DNA of 63,676 nucleotides, the filler included, from Cercozoa sp. M6MM (lineage: Eukaryota > Protista > Endomyxa: Ascetosporea): the NCBI GenBank assembly GCA_040357565.1. It is 11 parts of 11 records of this genome, joined end to end, with 100 filler letters (N's around TTAATTAATTAA, not from the genome) between each part and the next. Parts side by side here need not be neighbours in the genome. Positions count along the whole stretch, not along the records: positions 24,384 to 32,701 come from JBDODJ010000546.1; positions 32,802 to 37,382 come from JBDODJ010001100.1; positions 37,483 to 43,240 come from JBDODJ010000854.1; positions 43,341 to 48,230 come from JBDODJ010001027.1; 7 more parts are not named here. One strand, written 5' to 3'. Position numbers and translations under genes: made by a program. Shown one piece after another: positions 31,713-44,405 of this stretch. The stretch's first letter is position 1. Every line of letters starts with the position of its first letter. The notes below the pieces were generated by a model. It did not search any database. It was given only the letters and a program-made list of their open reading frames with translations, and had not been told where the DNA came from.

Positions 31713-32639
31713 ATGCGTGCAAATACCATAAGGGTCGTGCTGGCGCGTAGCCAGCGCGCAACGACGCCATTTACGGCGCGGTGGTTCCGCATTCGCGCAG
31801 GCGATCGCGACGAAGATGAAGGTACCTCGTATGCCCTTCGATAGGTGCGGTGCACACGCACAGTGTTTGCGCAGAGGGCAAGGTGTTTGAATCTACGTTG
31901 CACAATAAGGACACGCAACGCATCCTCGAACTGTACCTGTCCCCCACACTCGCTCGGTAAAATTTGTTGATTGGCCCTGCCTGTCGTTGACAGGCAAGAG
32001 CAAGCTGCACGTGCCGCCAGTGCTTCTGCAACTGGTACAAAACTGCATGGAGACAATCGACACCTGGAGGACTCATACTTGCGTTAAGCTTTGCCCTTGA
32101 ATTCCGCAGGGTCGGACGTACACACCATCAAGGAGAGTGCAGTCGACGAAGTCGAGCAACTCCAGAAGCAGGCCGAGGTACGTTGCTCTCGGGTTTGCAT
32201 CTGCAGGATCCGACGAACGGCCATGCGTGCTTGTTGTAGGTGTACCCTTGGGGACGTCTAACACCTGGTCGACGTTTGTCCAAGCGAGAGCAGCACATGC
32301 GTACACAGGTACGACCACAGCCATGTTACTTGACATACGCCGATACGTACACCTTCACTTGCCGAATAGTTCGCGAAAGGCGACCCGCGCAAAGTGGCCA
32401 ACACAGGTACGTTTTGCACTACGTATGTGTGAATGTGTGACCGTGCACACGTACGTGTTGTTGTTGCGGCAGGTGTGGCCGAAGATCTGACCGACGAGAT
32501 GATGCAGGGCATTGGTACGTTTTTCTCTAAAGACTGGGAGCGAAGGATGCACAACAATACTGTAGGCGAGGCACAGCACTACGAGGATTTTGTTTTCGCA
32601 CACCAAGAACACGGTCGACGCGGCACGGACAAGTGGAAG
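31713..32639 (+). CDS. Hypothetical, probably mitochondrion-targeted protein (3' truncated)
   Basis: MRANTIRVVLARSQRATTPFTARWFRIR (Arg-rich, no acidic residues), then about 7 short frame-consistent exons. Confidence 0.6.
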
Positions 32640-32654
32640 GTTCCCTCGACTGCT

Positions 32655-32701
<47 letters not shown>

Positions 32702-32834
32702 NNNNNNNNNNNNNNNNNNNNNNNNNNNNNNNNNNNNNNNNNNNNTTAATTAATTAANNNNNNNNNNNNNNNNNNNNNNNNNNNNNNNNNNNNNNNNNNN
32801 NCCCCCTTTACCCCTCCCCCAGAGTACACTAAAC

Positions 32835-35800
32835 TTACGCCAGAGACGCCGTCCTTTTCGTAGCCATAGGTGTTGCTACACACCTTGGCTCTGCACACAC
32901 ACACACACACACACAGCAGGGGTGAAACGGGGGAGGGTAAACGGGGTAAACGGAGGGGGGGGGGGTAAACTGGGGTGGTAAAGGGGTAATGGGGGGAACT
33001 ACGCATGGTCCGGTGCCGACAAAGCCAACGGATTCGATGGCCTGTATCAATACGCATATTTCTCCGGGGGGTGGGTAAAGGGTAAAAAGAGTAAAAGAGG
33101 GTAAAGGGTAAAGGGGGTAAGGGGGTAAAGGGGCTATACCAAGAGCTGACACCAGCCGTATAGCCATGGTACTCGCCCAGCACCACCGTCGGACAGATCA
33201 GTCGTTGCCAATGCGCACGTGACAGTGGTCGTTCTGTACCATTCCACAGGTCCAGCATTGCGTCCAGATCCTCCTGCGTCCACTGTGCACAAACGCAAAC
33301 ACATCCGAACTATACCGTACAACTGAACAACATCATGAGTGGGCATACTAAAACGTACTTTTGGGTCACTGAGAGCATCACGAGCCACACAGTGCATCTG
33401 CACCAGACCTAGCGGCCAGAAAGGACTCGCATAGGCTACAAAAACAAGCACTCAGTTCTGAAGAAGTAGAAATCCAGTTTGCGATTAAGGGTGCAATTTA
33501 CAGTCCAAATCGCTCCATTTCAAACCGCCTGGGATGGAAACAACATCACCGTCGGTGTCCTTGGAGTGCGTGTGCGTGTGAATCTAGCAATTAGATCTCC
33601 TTAAAGCGCTCTAAACCAGAAACAACCCAGCCGAATGATTTGTACCAGGTAAGTCTTATAATCGACGGTGACCGAAAATATCAGGTCGACGGCTGAGACT
33701 CCCATGGCCGACAGCGACATGGGCGTGTTGCTGTCTCACAGCCACACAGACACGGGTTGGAAGTTGGGTCCAGTCCGACCCTCAGAGGGTGACATATTAC
33801 AAGGAGGGCTGCGTGTCGATCAAGTGTGTCTTAGTGGCAGCAGCCAGATTCGTCAGCTAATTCAGAAAAGGGGTAACGAGGGGCGGGGTGGGGTCAAACA
33901 TACCAAGGGGAATCAAAAGTTACCGTGGGAACATTCGTCACCAGTGGCTGCAAGTTTAACGAGATCGTGAAGTTGTGCTTCGGCGTCAGCACAAAGATCC
34001 TGCGATAGGGTAGGGGGTGGGGTCAAAAGAGGTAAAGGGTCTAATGGGGTAAAAAGGTAAAAACGCTAAAAGGGGGTGACTCAGAAGAATGCTGGGAATG
34101 TGTGCGTGGGGTAAAACCATACAGATCAGCAAAGACGTCAGCGCGCGCAACTGCCGCCAGAGTGCGCATCTTGTCTCCTGTTGGGGGGGGGTAAAGGGGT
34201 AAAGGGCGGTTAAAAAGTAAAGTAAAACAGGAAAGTTATACCATCAAAGATGAAAGACATGCTCCGTGTGATCACTTTGGAGTTCTCCAGTGATACGTCC
34301 TGTCAGACAGATGGGATAAAACGGGTGAAGGATAAAGGGGTAAAAAGAGGGGGGTCAAACTGTAAGCACCGTGAGCGAAGGCAGCGGCACAGTCTCGCCA
34401 ACCAGCAGCACCTGGTTGCGCAGACCCTGTGTGCACAACATACACACGTAGACACATACACACAATGTAGTTCCAGGTAGGTAGTCTACCTTCTCCATGG
34501 GAAAACTGTTTGCCTGCGCATGGTGTTCGCGAGTGAACACGGGTATCAAGGTTTAAAGAGTTTAAGGGGCCAAGGAAGATCAAAAGGGTTAAAGGAGTTA
34601 AAAGAGGGGAAAGATTACTTGGCTGTTGTGCAGCAGTAAAAGCGGCGTCACACCGGCCATTGCATCGTTGATCTGTCACATACACATATACAGCCTTGTC
34701 GAAGAGAGACAACAGCATCAACAACAAGGTACGCTGACGTCGATCTTGACGTCTCCAGTCGACTGAAACTGCATCGACTGCACGCTCGTCACCTGTCTCC
34801 AGTGCCGGGGGTAAAGGGGTAAAGAGGGGGGGGGTAGAACGGAGGGAAAGAGGGGGGTAAAGAGGGGAGTAAATGGGTAAACATGGTAAGAAAAGGAACC
34901 GAGGTGACACTAGCATAGAGCAGAGAGGTCGGTCCAGATACGCCAACGGGCACTTTGATGCCATTTTCTAGGCGAAGGGATAAAGGGGTAAAGAGTAAAA
35001 GGTATAGGTGGTTAGGGGGTGAAGCTGGTTAAGAGGAAGGTAGTTAAGCGGTAAGGGAGCATCGGGGTAAAAAGGATGTGTGCGTGTGTGTGTGTGTGTG
35101 TGTCAAAAGAAGCATGCGTGTACTCTCGGTCATGTAGATGCTGCTGACGGCGATCTTGCGGTCGTACTCATTGTGTGACGGGTCGGCGTTTTTCCACTCC
35201 TGGCCTGCATGTATACAGACATACCACGACTAGTCTAGGGTGTCAAGTGAGTAGTAGTACTCAGAAGGCATCGTGCGACAACGGTCCTGGGCAGTCTGTT
35301 GTAATTAACGGCTGCAGACAAGTGTATATGCATTTAAAATAGACATACATTCGTATCAATATGTATTTGGATACCGCGGTAGCCAGCTCCCAGCGGGACC
35401 GACACCTTGGGTTCGGACGGGTCGAACGTGAGAACCGTGCGTGGCAGCGTGTTGTGCAACTGCACACACTCACAGACAGACAGCCATATGTAAAAGACAC
35501 ATACCCCACCCTAGCCCTTTTTGCAAGAAACAGAACTTACATAGCGCACGTAGGCATCCTCAGCAATGTCAGCCGGTAGCGAACTCGACATCAGTAATGT
35601 GTTGATCGTCGACGCTTGTTCCGCGCCGGTCTGTTAGACACAGGCGGGAGATACTCGCCTTGTTTGGCATAGTCGTAAAGTGAAGGAGTACTCCTATGGT
35701 TGACCCGGAGACAATCGAGATAACCAAGCGACCCGCGCAGTTTATGTCGTCGCCAATCTGTGCGACCGGACAGTAAAACTTGTGGCAGCGTTCAGACAGC

Positions 35801-37330
35801 ATCGACTGCTACCGTTGAGGGAGCTGGCACGTTAGAAAAGTCTTGACCTTCCTGCATTGTGTACTGGTCGTCAGGAACTGCACAAGTTCATACGCGTCTG
35901 TACACCGACACACACGTGCGCAAGCAAGTTGGATAGGGTACAAACGTAGGGCCCAGGCTGCAACACGCCTTGCATCGGAATGTAGTCGCGCAGGTGCATC
36001 GTCAACGGTGTTGAGGCGTCCAGCTATGGCAAAACAAAGCCTCGCAGTAGTATCACGCAGTAGTAACACACACACACACACACGCACACACACACATACA
36101 CACACACACAAGAGAAAGGCACTATCGATACCGCAGGAAAAGACACGTCCTCGTACTTACATTGCGCTTCGTTAGGCAGATTCGAGACCACCTGTTTAAA
36201 GCACACATAGTCAACAGGTTGGTCCGAGGGAAGTAGGTCAGTACAGTAATGGGTGCCACAGGCGAGTAGCTGGAAACTGCCGCTCGGAAAGGAGTGCCAG
36301 TCCAGGTTTTGTTGACCTGTCAACGCAACGTATTACATTCACACACTGAGAGGCAAGTAAGACAGGGCAAACGCACAGCCATAGAGCCCGAGCCTTCCAG
36401 CTTGAACTCCTTGGCGATGCTGCCGACGGCGCACAGGTGCAATTCGACGAGCTACAGGTCAATTCACCGTATTGCATGCATAAGACAAACATGTATATGT
36501 AGAGCTTTGGTACATTTTGCATGTTGATCGACAGCTTGAGAAACGCTTCGGCACGTGGCATCCGCACTCTGTCGTAAAGGACAGTAGCGACATCCCTGGC
36601 ATCACGGTATCGTACTTAAATATGCACGCGTGTACCGCCATTGGCCGATCGTTTGCACGTTGATGATTGTATTAATCGACGACCACCGGAAACTATGACA
36701 GCAGCACAGTATTTATCAGGGATGAAGTACATGTAACATGAAAAGTTACTGAGGCAAGACAATCTCTTGGTTTTCACCCGACGCAGCGTTGGCTGCCTGA
36801 GTACGGTACAACACAAGACACAAGAAATCGTAGCACACCACTCAGACAAGAACAATCGTGATACCATGAGTTCCAAGTAGCCCACGGACACCAAGGGTTC
36901 CAAGAGTTCCGACGAAAATTTGCCCAGCCTTCGACACGAACAACAAAAATAGATACTTCGCGCGGTGACGTGGTCGCAAACATTACCATTTCGCATCATC
37001 AGACTTAAGCTTGATTCTGGCGCCATCAATCGCCTTAGCGACACAGCAGGCATAGCAAGAAATGATGTATTTCCCGTAAACGAAATTTATCATACCACAT
37101 TCGACCCACGCAGGCAGTTGGCGATATTCGAGATGACCTGTCATGTGAGCTTTTGACGCACAAACATGAAACACAAAGGCGAATATACGCTAGGCTGGGT
37201 CGTGTTGATGAGTGCCGTCCAAGTGATTTGATTTGTGATCTGCAGATCGCCTTCCTCGCGTCCGAACAGGCACCAGTCGGGTGCTTGGTCAGCAGGGACA
37301 ATATAACTGAGCTGCTCAACACAACCAATG
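32835..37330 (-). CDS. Large hypothetical multi-exon protein filling the contig (both ends truncated)
   Basis: More than 20 frame-consistent exons, e.g. DVATVLYDRVRMPRAEAFLKLSINMQN/LVELHLCAVGSIAKEFKLEG/.../24-nt exon ANSFPMEK/.../YASPFWPLGLVQMHCVARDA; family not recognised. Confidence 0.6.
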
Positions 37331-37333
37331 TCA

Positions 37334-37373
<40 letters not shown>

Positions 37374-37482
37374 TGTGTGCGTNNNNNNNNNNNNNNNNNN
37401 NNNNNNNNNNNNNNNNNNNNNNNNNNTTAATTAATTAANNNNNNNNNNNNNNNNNNNNNNNNNNNNNNNNNNNNNNNNNNNN

Positions 37483-37640
37483 CACACAATCACACAATCA
37501 CACAATCACACAATCACACAATCACACAAGTACACAAACACGCAATCAATAGAAACACACAATCGTGCAATCACCCAGGCACGCAAGCACGCAATCACGC
37601 AACCACACAAGCACGCAATCACGCAATCACGCAATCACAC
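37483..37640. repeat. Octamer microsatellite (CACACAAT / CACGCAAT)n, intronic
   Basis: Direct tandem copies at the contig start. Confidence 0.85.
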
Positions 37641-37689
37641 GAGAACAAGATGATGCATCCAAGTAGGCAGATCTAGATATACGTATACG

Positions 37690-37992
37690 TGCAGCGCAGG
37701 CAGGTTTGAACGAGTCCGGCGTCTTGTCTCGCACGTCGGCATTCGTGCCCTGCAAGAGAGTTCCACACAGCCAGTAAATTTAGTCGTTGTCTTCTGGTTG
37801 TGGCCAGACACCCTGACACTGGTCAGTAGAGGGACACAGTGAAATACAAAAGCGATGTGAACTCACAATAAGTCGAGCGCCATTGCAGACCAGCTTGGTG
37901 GCCAACTCGATACTCGGGAGTGCGTACGACTGTGTCTGCGCAGTTCACCACACCCGCACAGGCAAATTTAAGGGTATCCCAAAGGAAGCACA

Positions 37993-38034
<42 letters not shown>

Positions 38035-39182
38035 ACATCGCTACCTCTCCCACGATGACAAAGTCAACATCTGTTCCGCAGGTGTTGACTTGAATTCCGG
38101 CCTACACGGCAGGCGTATGAACAAGTCAAATGGACATGTTGGCTGCTTTGTTGCGGTCGAAATTTATCGAGACAGGCAGGCACCTTGGCAACGGCAGACA
38201 GAAGACCCGGCTCGCCAATCACGTAGGCCGTTGCGTTGGGGCACTAGAACGTCAACATACCCCGAGCCACGTGTCCACACAACCCCCCCCCCCACACACA
38301 CACCCCACACAGTCCCAAACCTCATCTACGTACTGTATGCGGGTGTGGGGTAGAGTTACCTGTGAATGCACGAACTCAGCAGTGGCCAGAGCTGACGTGT
38401 AGAAGTGCTCGGGCGGTACATCGATCCTAAACACAGCGCAAGGATACATCCGACACGACACGACACGACACGACACGACACGACACACACACACACACAC
38501 ACACGCACACACACACACACACGCACACACACACACACACACACGCACACACACACACACACACGCACAGCATTCACAAACCCGAACGGGCACTGGTATG
38601 AACAGTGGTGAACGGAAACATACTTGCCATCGCTAATTCGAGCCAGCTTTCGCGACAGTTCGCGCGGAGTGCGCTCGCTCGAGTTGGTGAGGAACAAGAA
38701 GCGTTTATTGCTGCGTTGCAAGAACTCGACGAACTCTGCTGCACCGGGCTGCACGCGCGGAGAATACAAATGAAGAGACGAAACTTCATCCGACGGACAG
38801 CGGAAAACAACATACCAGGAGGCTCTCGCCGTGGTACAACACACCGTCGAGGTCACAGATGAAGCTACAAACAAAACGCGTTCTCGTGTGACATTCATAC
38901 AACTACAGTATCATACAAGACAAAACAAAAACACAGTAAAACAGCCGTTGCCCGAAACAAAAGCAAAAACAAAGCAAAACAAAACAAAACAAAACGGAAA
39001 AATAAAAAACAAAAAATAATAATAATACAACCGTTCCGTCGCTCACCGGGTACGAATGGACAGAATTGGTACCCTTCATAGTGCTCACGGACCTCACTGC
39101 TCGACAGCAGAGGGTGCTGCAGCCACCGTCTGCTGACGCCAGCACCGCAAGAAAACCGGATCGATGATCGTGCAATGAACAT
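37690..39182 (-). CDS. nagD: HAD subfamily IIA hydrolase, NagD-like, with N-terminal presequence (3' truncated)
   Basis: FICDLDGVLYHGESLLPGAAEFVEFLQRSNKRFLFLTNSSERTPRELSRKL...HFYTSALATAEF...AYVIGEPGL...DFVIVGETQSY...GARLIGTNAD. Confidence 0.9.
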
Positions 39183-39457
39183 TGTCTCCCTGAACGCTGT
39201 AATTACACCCTGTTTCGTCTCTATGCGCTCCAGATCGCTGGACTGACAATTTGAAACTACGAAATACTTTTTACTTCTTCTCATTTCATTCATTTTCTTC
39301 TTTCGACCACATTAAGGAGGCGCCTCACTTCCCTTGCCCCTCTCTCCGCCCCCTGGATCTCTGCGTGCACTGTGTGCATACATGGTTTACTACTTCTTGG
39401 AGTTTGCAATTGGCCTCTGAGATAAGAACGAGCTGGTTCCTTTTTCGAGCTGACGCT

Positions 39458-40116
39458 ATGGGGCATATGTACGATATCCTTATCCACGCGAGTCACATGG
39501 TGGCCGACGTCGATGATGATTGGCTTTTTGGGCGGCTTGCACCCGCGGAGTTGCAGCATCAAAATCACCTGCCTTCGTTTGATGGCGATGAAGACTTCCA
39601 AGAGCACATGTCGCGCTCGCTTGGTACTTCAATACGATTTTAATATGAACATGTCTCCGCTATTCACCTGTTTTACCTGCTCAGAACCTTCTGTACAGCT
39701 AAATGTGGTCCGAAAAGCCGCGGAACGACGCCGAAGGTGTCTTGTTCCTCTGGTTTTGAAGTAAAATGCATGGTGTTCAGGGCGCAACGACGAAGAGAAG
39801 CAACGAAAAAGCTGTTTCCAGACGACCCAATGTACTGCACCTGCAACTTTTGATACATACACTGCATTTGCAAGATTTCAGGGGGCTATCGGCGTTGATA
39901 ACCCCTGCCAATGTGGAAGCACATTCTTACAACAACGATAACAATGGAAATGCCGGAGGAAGCGAGTACATTAATCCTCGAACTGAAATGCGCGACAATA
40001 CGGACAGAGACAGTGCCGACAACAGCAGTACTCAAACTGACATGACTGGTCCGTCTGTTGCAATGCAGCATGAGACTCTCGCCAATCTTCACGTATACAC
40101 CACTCAATGTCTGTGA
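39458..40116 (+). CDS. Small hypothetical spliced protein
   Basis: Codon-like exons VADVDDDWLFGRLAPAELQ... with GT-AG boundaries; ends uncertain. Confidence 0.35.
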
Positions 40117-40641
40117 AGGTCTTATTTTTGATGATTGTGCGTGCCACACAGGACTCAAATGCCACCACGACGTCGGACCGGCAGCCACGTGCCTTGAATT
40201 TCTCCGGTCTATCTGACGTGTCCCCTCACGTGTCCACGGTACTTTCATAAGAATAGGACATATGAGGTGGGCTCCGTTTATTTTTCTGATGTGTACATAT
40301 GCGAAAGATCCAGTTGGACCGATGGCGTATCATGTCGCCGCATGCGCGCATACCGTAAGAACACCGCACGACACAACTGAACTTATCGTACGGAAGTATC
40401 GGTTGAACGACTCCACTAACCCCCCGCCCTAACCTTTGTCGAGCTTGTGACGGATGGGTGGTGCAAGCCGAGCAGACGAATTCAGTCGTGCAGGTTTCCG
40501 ATTTAAAGTATGCACGGTATTAAAAAACACCACCGTGGTGCCAACTCTGACTGTCCGGCCCGGGGACTTTTAAAATATTATTTTATTAAAAAATCAATTA
40601 AAATCGCTTGGACTTGTAAAGCGCGTCCTACACAAAATCAA

Positions 40642-42831
40642 ATGTCTAAAACGACGCAAGGCGCAAGTTTGGATGCTCGGGGTGAGTACCTCGGCTTCCG
40701 GCCCACTGCAGGTACAAGAGCTACAATCAAATGAAGCCATTGTCGCTATTTTTGACGAAGACGAGATTTGTCTTGCCATACCAGGTTGGCAACCTGAGCG
40801 AGTGGCTGCATGCACCGTGAGCGCGCGAGAGTTCTTCGACAAGTACGTCGCCACGCGAACGCCAGTCATTTGTACGTCCTGTGTCGACTTGCATTCACAC
40901 TGGCAATTGCGATGTTTTCATTTAGTGGTCGGAGGTCCCGACGATGCAGACTTCAAATACGACGTGCTTCGCGACATGAATGCGCTAAAGAAAGTACGAA
41001 CTGCTGTTGGAATTACCCTTTCTTTGCCGAAGTGTACGTTGCAGGCCGCGGCAGATGCGGTGGTCGAAGTCGAGAAGCGCGGCAGCCAAAAACATGACTT
41101 TGGTGGAGGTGTGCTTCTATCTTTTCACTCCGTCTATTTTCATGAGTGTACGTGGAGTGTAGGTGACTCCACAAAGATCAAAATGAAGTTTGGCGATTTA
41201 CTGGACGCATTGCAGGGTCAGAATGACTCAAAGGATGCCTCGCTTCTCTACATGACAACGCAGGTAGGGACTAACTTATGTCTATACAAGGATTATTATT
41301 ATACTGACACATTGTATTAGTCAATTGACGTTGACGAGGAGGGCTTGCTTGAGTTGCCTTTTGTATGCTCTTTTTTACTCATGCAAATCTGTTCGAGGTG
41401 CTACTTTTCTTTTTGTATCCAGGCCTCTCCGGTGAGCGAGCTGTGGCTGGACGAGACGACGACGTTTCCGCTCGTGCCGCGCATCCTCGGCAATCTTGTG
41501 CCATGGCAATACAACTGTATCTATTCCATACAGCTGTTGTAAATGCATGATGGAAGTGCACACATTCTTTATGTGAGCAGTGTGGATGGGCGCGTCATCA
41601 GGTTCCTCGTCTGGTCTGCATCACGACTACCACGATAACCTCGTACACAGCTTCACTGGCCTGACGAGGATGCATACCATGTATGTACATCAGTAGTATG
41701 TGCTGCTGCGTGGACGCAAGCAATTCCGCTGCTTTGCGCCCTGCGATCACACGCACATGTGTCTCGCGGCGCCGTCACCTGCCACGCTGTACGCCAACGG
41801 CGTCGTATTTTGTCCATCTGTACTTCCGTATACGCATGAACGGGTTTGTGCGCAAACAGTTGGCACACTCCAAGCACATGCTCGCTGACGGTTCCTACGA
41901 TTTGTCTGTCGCCGAATGGAGGCTGCGCCAGCAGCAGCAGGACCCACAGCAAATAACGGAAGCAGAGAACGAGGTGTGCACATCCGTTTGATGTATGCTT
42001 TCCGATAAGTGCGATGTATATCTTTGAAGGACGGCATTGAAGCGGCACTGGAGGCCATGCTCGACGCCGCTGGAAGCGATATCGAGGATGACTGTTCTTC
42101 GTCCAATAACGACACCGACGACGAACACAGCGACTCGCAGATTGGTACGGCGATTTTAACTGAGCACCATCATCACCCCAATTTGGGTATACCCTGGCAG
42201 GCTATGACCCTGTGAAGGGCGAAGAAGTCGACCTGCCGCCAAACTTTTCGCTGCTGAACTTGCGACAGGTATGTACCCCCGTACCTGTGTGCGTATACGT
42301 GTACATACACTGCGCGCTGGCGGCAGATGTCGACGGAGGAAGTGGCGCAGCGATCGCCTCACCTGCGCACGCAAACTACAGAAATCGTCTTCTCGCTCGA
42401 GCCAGGCGACATGGTACCTTGCGCTTCTTACTTGCGCTCACAGACACGCGTGCACTCTTGTAGTTGTACCTGCCTGCTTCGTGGTTTCACGACGTGACGT
42501 CGAGTGATCAGAACGACAACACCAGGGGTCATGCAGCACTCAACTACTGGATGTACCCGCCCACGACACGGGTACCTTCCAATGTCGCATGCGTGTCTTT
42601 TCAAATCTCCATTTGTACTGCAGGAGTTCGACAAGCCGTACGCTTGTGATTACTGGCCTTCGAAGTGGAGGTAGTTTGATCTGTGCTTTGCCCACATCGG
42701 TGGGAAGGTCACCCATGTGTTTGTTGTTTGTTGCTTGCAGGCGCACTGAAAGGGATTTGCTCGCGTGGCGTCATAACGTTCGTCAGCAAACACGCGTTCG
42801 CGAATCCAAGCGCGAAACGGAATTATCTTAG
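40642..42831 (+). CDS. JmjC/cupin-8 2-oxoglutarate-Fe(II) oxygenase
   Basis: REFFDKYVATRTPVI...ILGNLVPWQYNLWMGASSGSSSGLHHDYHDNLYVLLRGRKQFRCFAP...LEPGDMLYLPASWFHDVTS...HAALNYW; HxD...H triad intact. Confidence 0.92.
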
Positions 42832-43006
42832 TAAAAGCCCCAGTCGGCGGCGCGGTGAATGAAAGACAGATGCGGTGGTACCAATAATGAAGCAAGTACT
42901 GGTACAAGTCGAGTGGCCGAATCTCGCGAAAGCGCAGATCGTACTTATGTTGTTTTTTCAAACGCCGTCCAGTGCTGCAACACCCAGTTTCAAATGAGTT
43001 TGTATG

Positions 43007-43130
43007 TACAAGGAAAACGCCTCAAATATGTCCAGAAAACGAGACCTTAAATATGTCCAAAGATCAAATGTCCACGCGTGGACTAATTGTCCGTGTTGGA
43101 CTCAGCGTCTCAATAAATGCCCGGACAACC
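43007..43130 (+). mobile_element. Left end of a putative TA-flanked DNA transposon/MITE (28-bp TIR plus subterminal TGTCC repeats)
   Basis: TA|CAAGGAAAACGCCTCAAATATGTCCAGA at 43007-43036; inverted 27/28 match at 48684-48713. Confidence 0.7.
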
Positions 43131-43193
43131 CCCCCCCCCCCCCTGCCCTGGAGTACCAATGTGGAAGCTGCAACTGCAAGAAGTGATGAGTTC

Positions 43194-43240
<47 letters not shown>

Positions 43241-43340
43241 NNNNNNNNNNNNNNNNNNNNNNNNNNNNNNNNNNNNNNNNNNNNTTAATTAATTAANNNN
43301 NNNNNNNNNNNNNNNNNNNNNNNNNNNNNNNNNNNNNNNN

Positions 43341-43438
<98 letters not shown>

Positions 43439-43439
43439 T

Positions 43440-44276
43440 GATCGCCGAGTGAGACACCGTTGGCGGTTAGGCAGAACTGGTATCTTGCACCGACCCAGTG
43501 CAGCTTGCGCGTCAAAGGCGCGCAAAGCAGTTCAAGATTCTGATTGTCTGTTTGTATTCCGTACCGATGGTATGCAACAGAATTACTATTAACAAGATGT
43601 ACCTGTATACATTCGCACTTCAATCATATGACTGCCTTCATTGACCGATCGAGGAAAGAGAGCCAGTCTTTCGCTGTCGGCTCCGTGGGTGTCAGCGAGC
43701 ACCTCTCTGGAGTCGTACGAGATGTTTTTGGCCGACGAACGAGACTTGTGTTGCGCAAGCAAACATGGAACCTAAGAGTCAAGGACATTAGGCATGCACT
43801 CCATTGAAACGAGGGAAGAATACAAACTGACAAGGGACGCGGCAGTGTGCACGTCCACCTCGTCTCGGTGACTGATTTCCTGACGAGTCTCGTAGATTTC
43901 GGGCTTGTGCACCCCAGTACGACTGGTACGATGCTGCAAGAATGGAAACAGTACAATTTGGCACACAACTTTGAATAAATTACTGAAAACTCGTGAAAGA
44001 AAGCAGCCTCAAGAAAAAGCCGTTCAGACCAAGCTTCGAAATGGCGAAACTGAGCCTACCGGAGCTCTGTGGCGCTGGGACAGCATATTGGTCTAACTTT
44101 ACGGTAAAGCTTTGCAAAGGAAAGTCGTCCACTCGATATGACAGGCCTGGTCTCCGCTCGGAGAGAAACCGAGGTTGACACGTGACCGACTGCCGCGCTG
44201 ACTCAATTGAGCTCAGTTCAGTTTTGAATTTCTGACTCCGACTGCTGACATGGATGTCGGTGAAAGCATTTAACAT
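43440..44276 (-). CDS. Possible hypothetical gene (3' truncated)
   Basis: Exon-like open segments bounded by AG/GT (e.g. HRTSRTGVHKPEIYETRQEISHRDEVD); no family recognised. Confidence 0.3.
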
Positions 44277-44405
44277 TCATGTGGTGACCGCGAGAGCTGA
44301 AGACCTGAGTGGTGGCTATTCTTGCTGTCGACCGTGATTAATTTTACTTCCGGTCCATCGTCGAGGCAGTGAAGAATAACTACAGCAAGAATAGTTACTA
44401 CACAT

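Noticed and set aside
32930-33135. GGGGTAAA runs as interstitial telomeres
   Set aside because: Not TTAGGG/TTTAGGG, irregular, and intronic with gene-strand orientation
34500-34620. Possible non-AG acceptors (here and at 59865)
   Set aside because: Both resolve with canonical GT-AG: a 24-nt micro-exon here, and a phase-2 donor giving GGIAFGG at 59865
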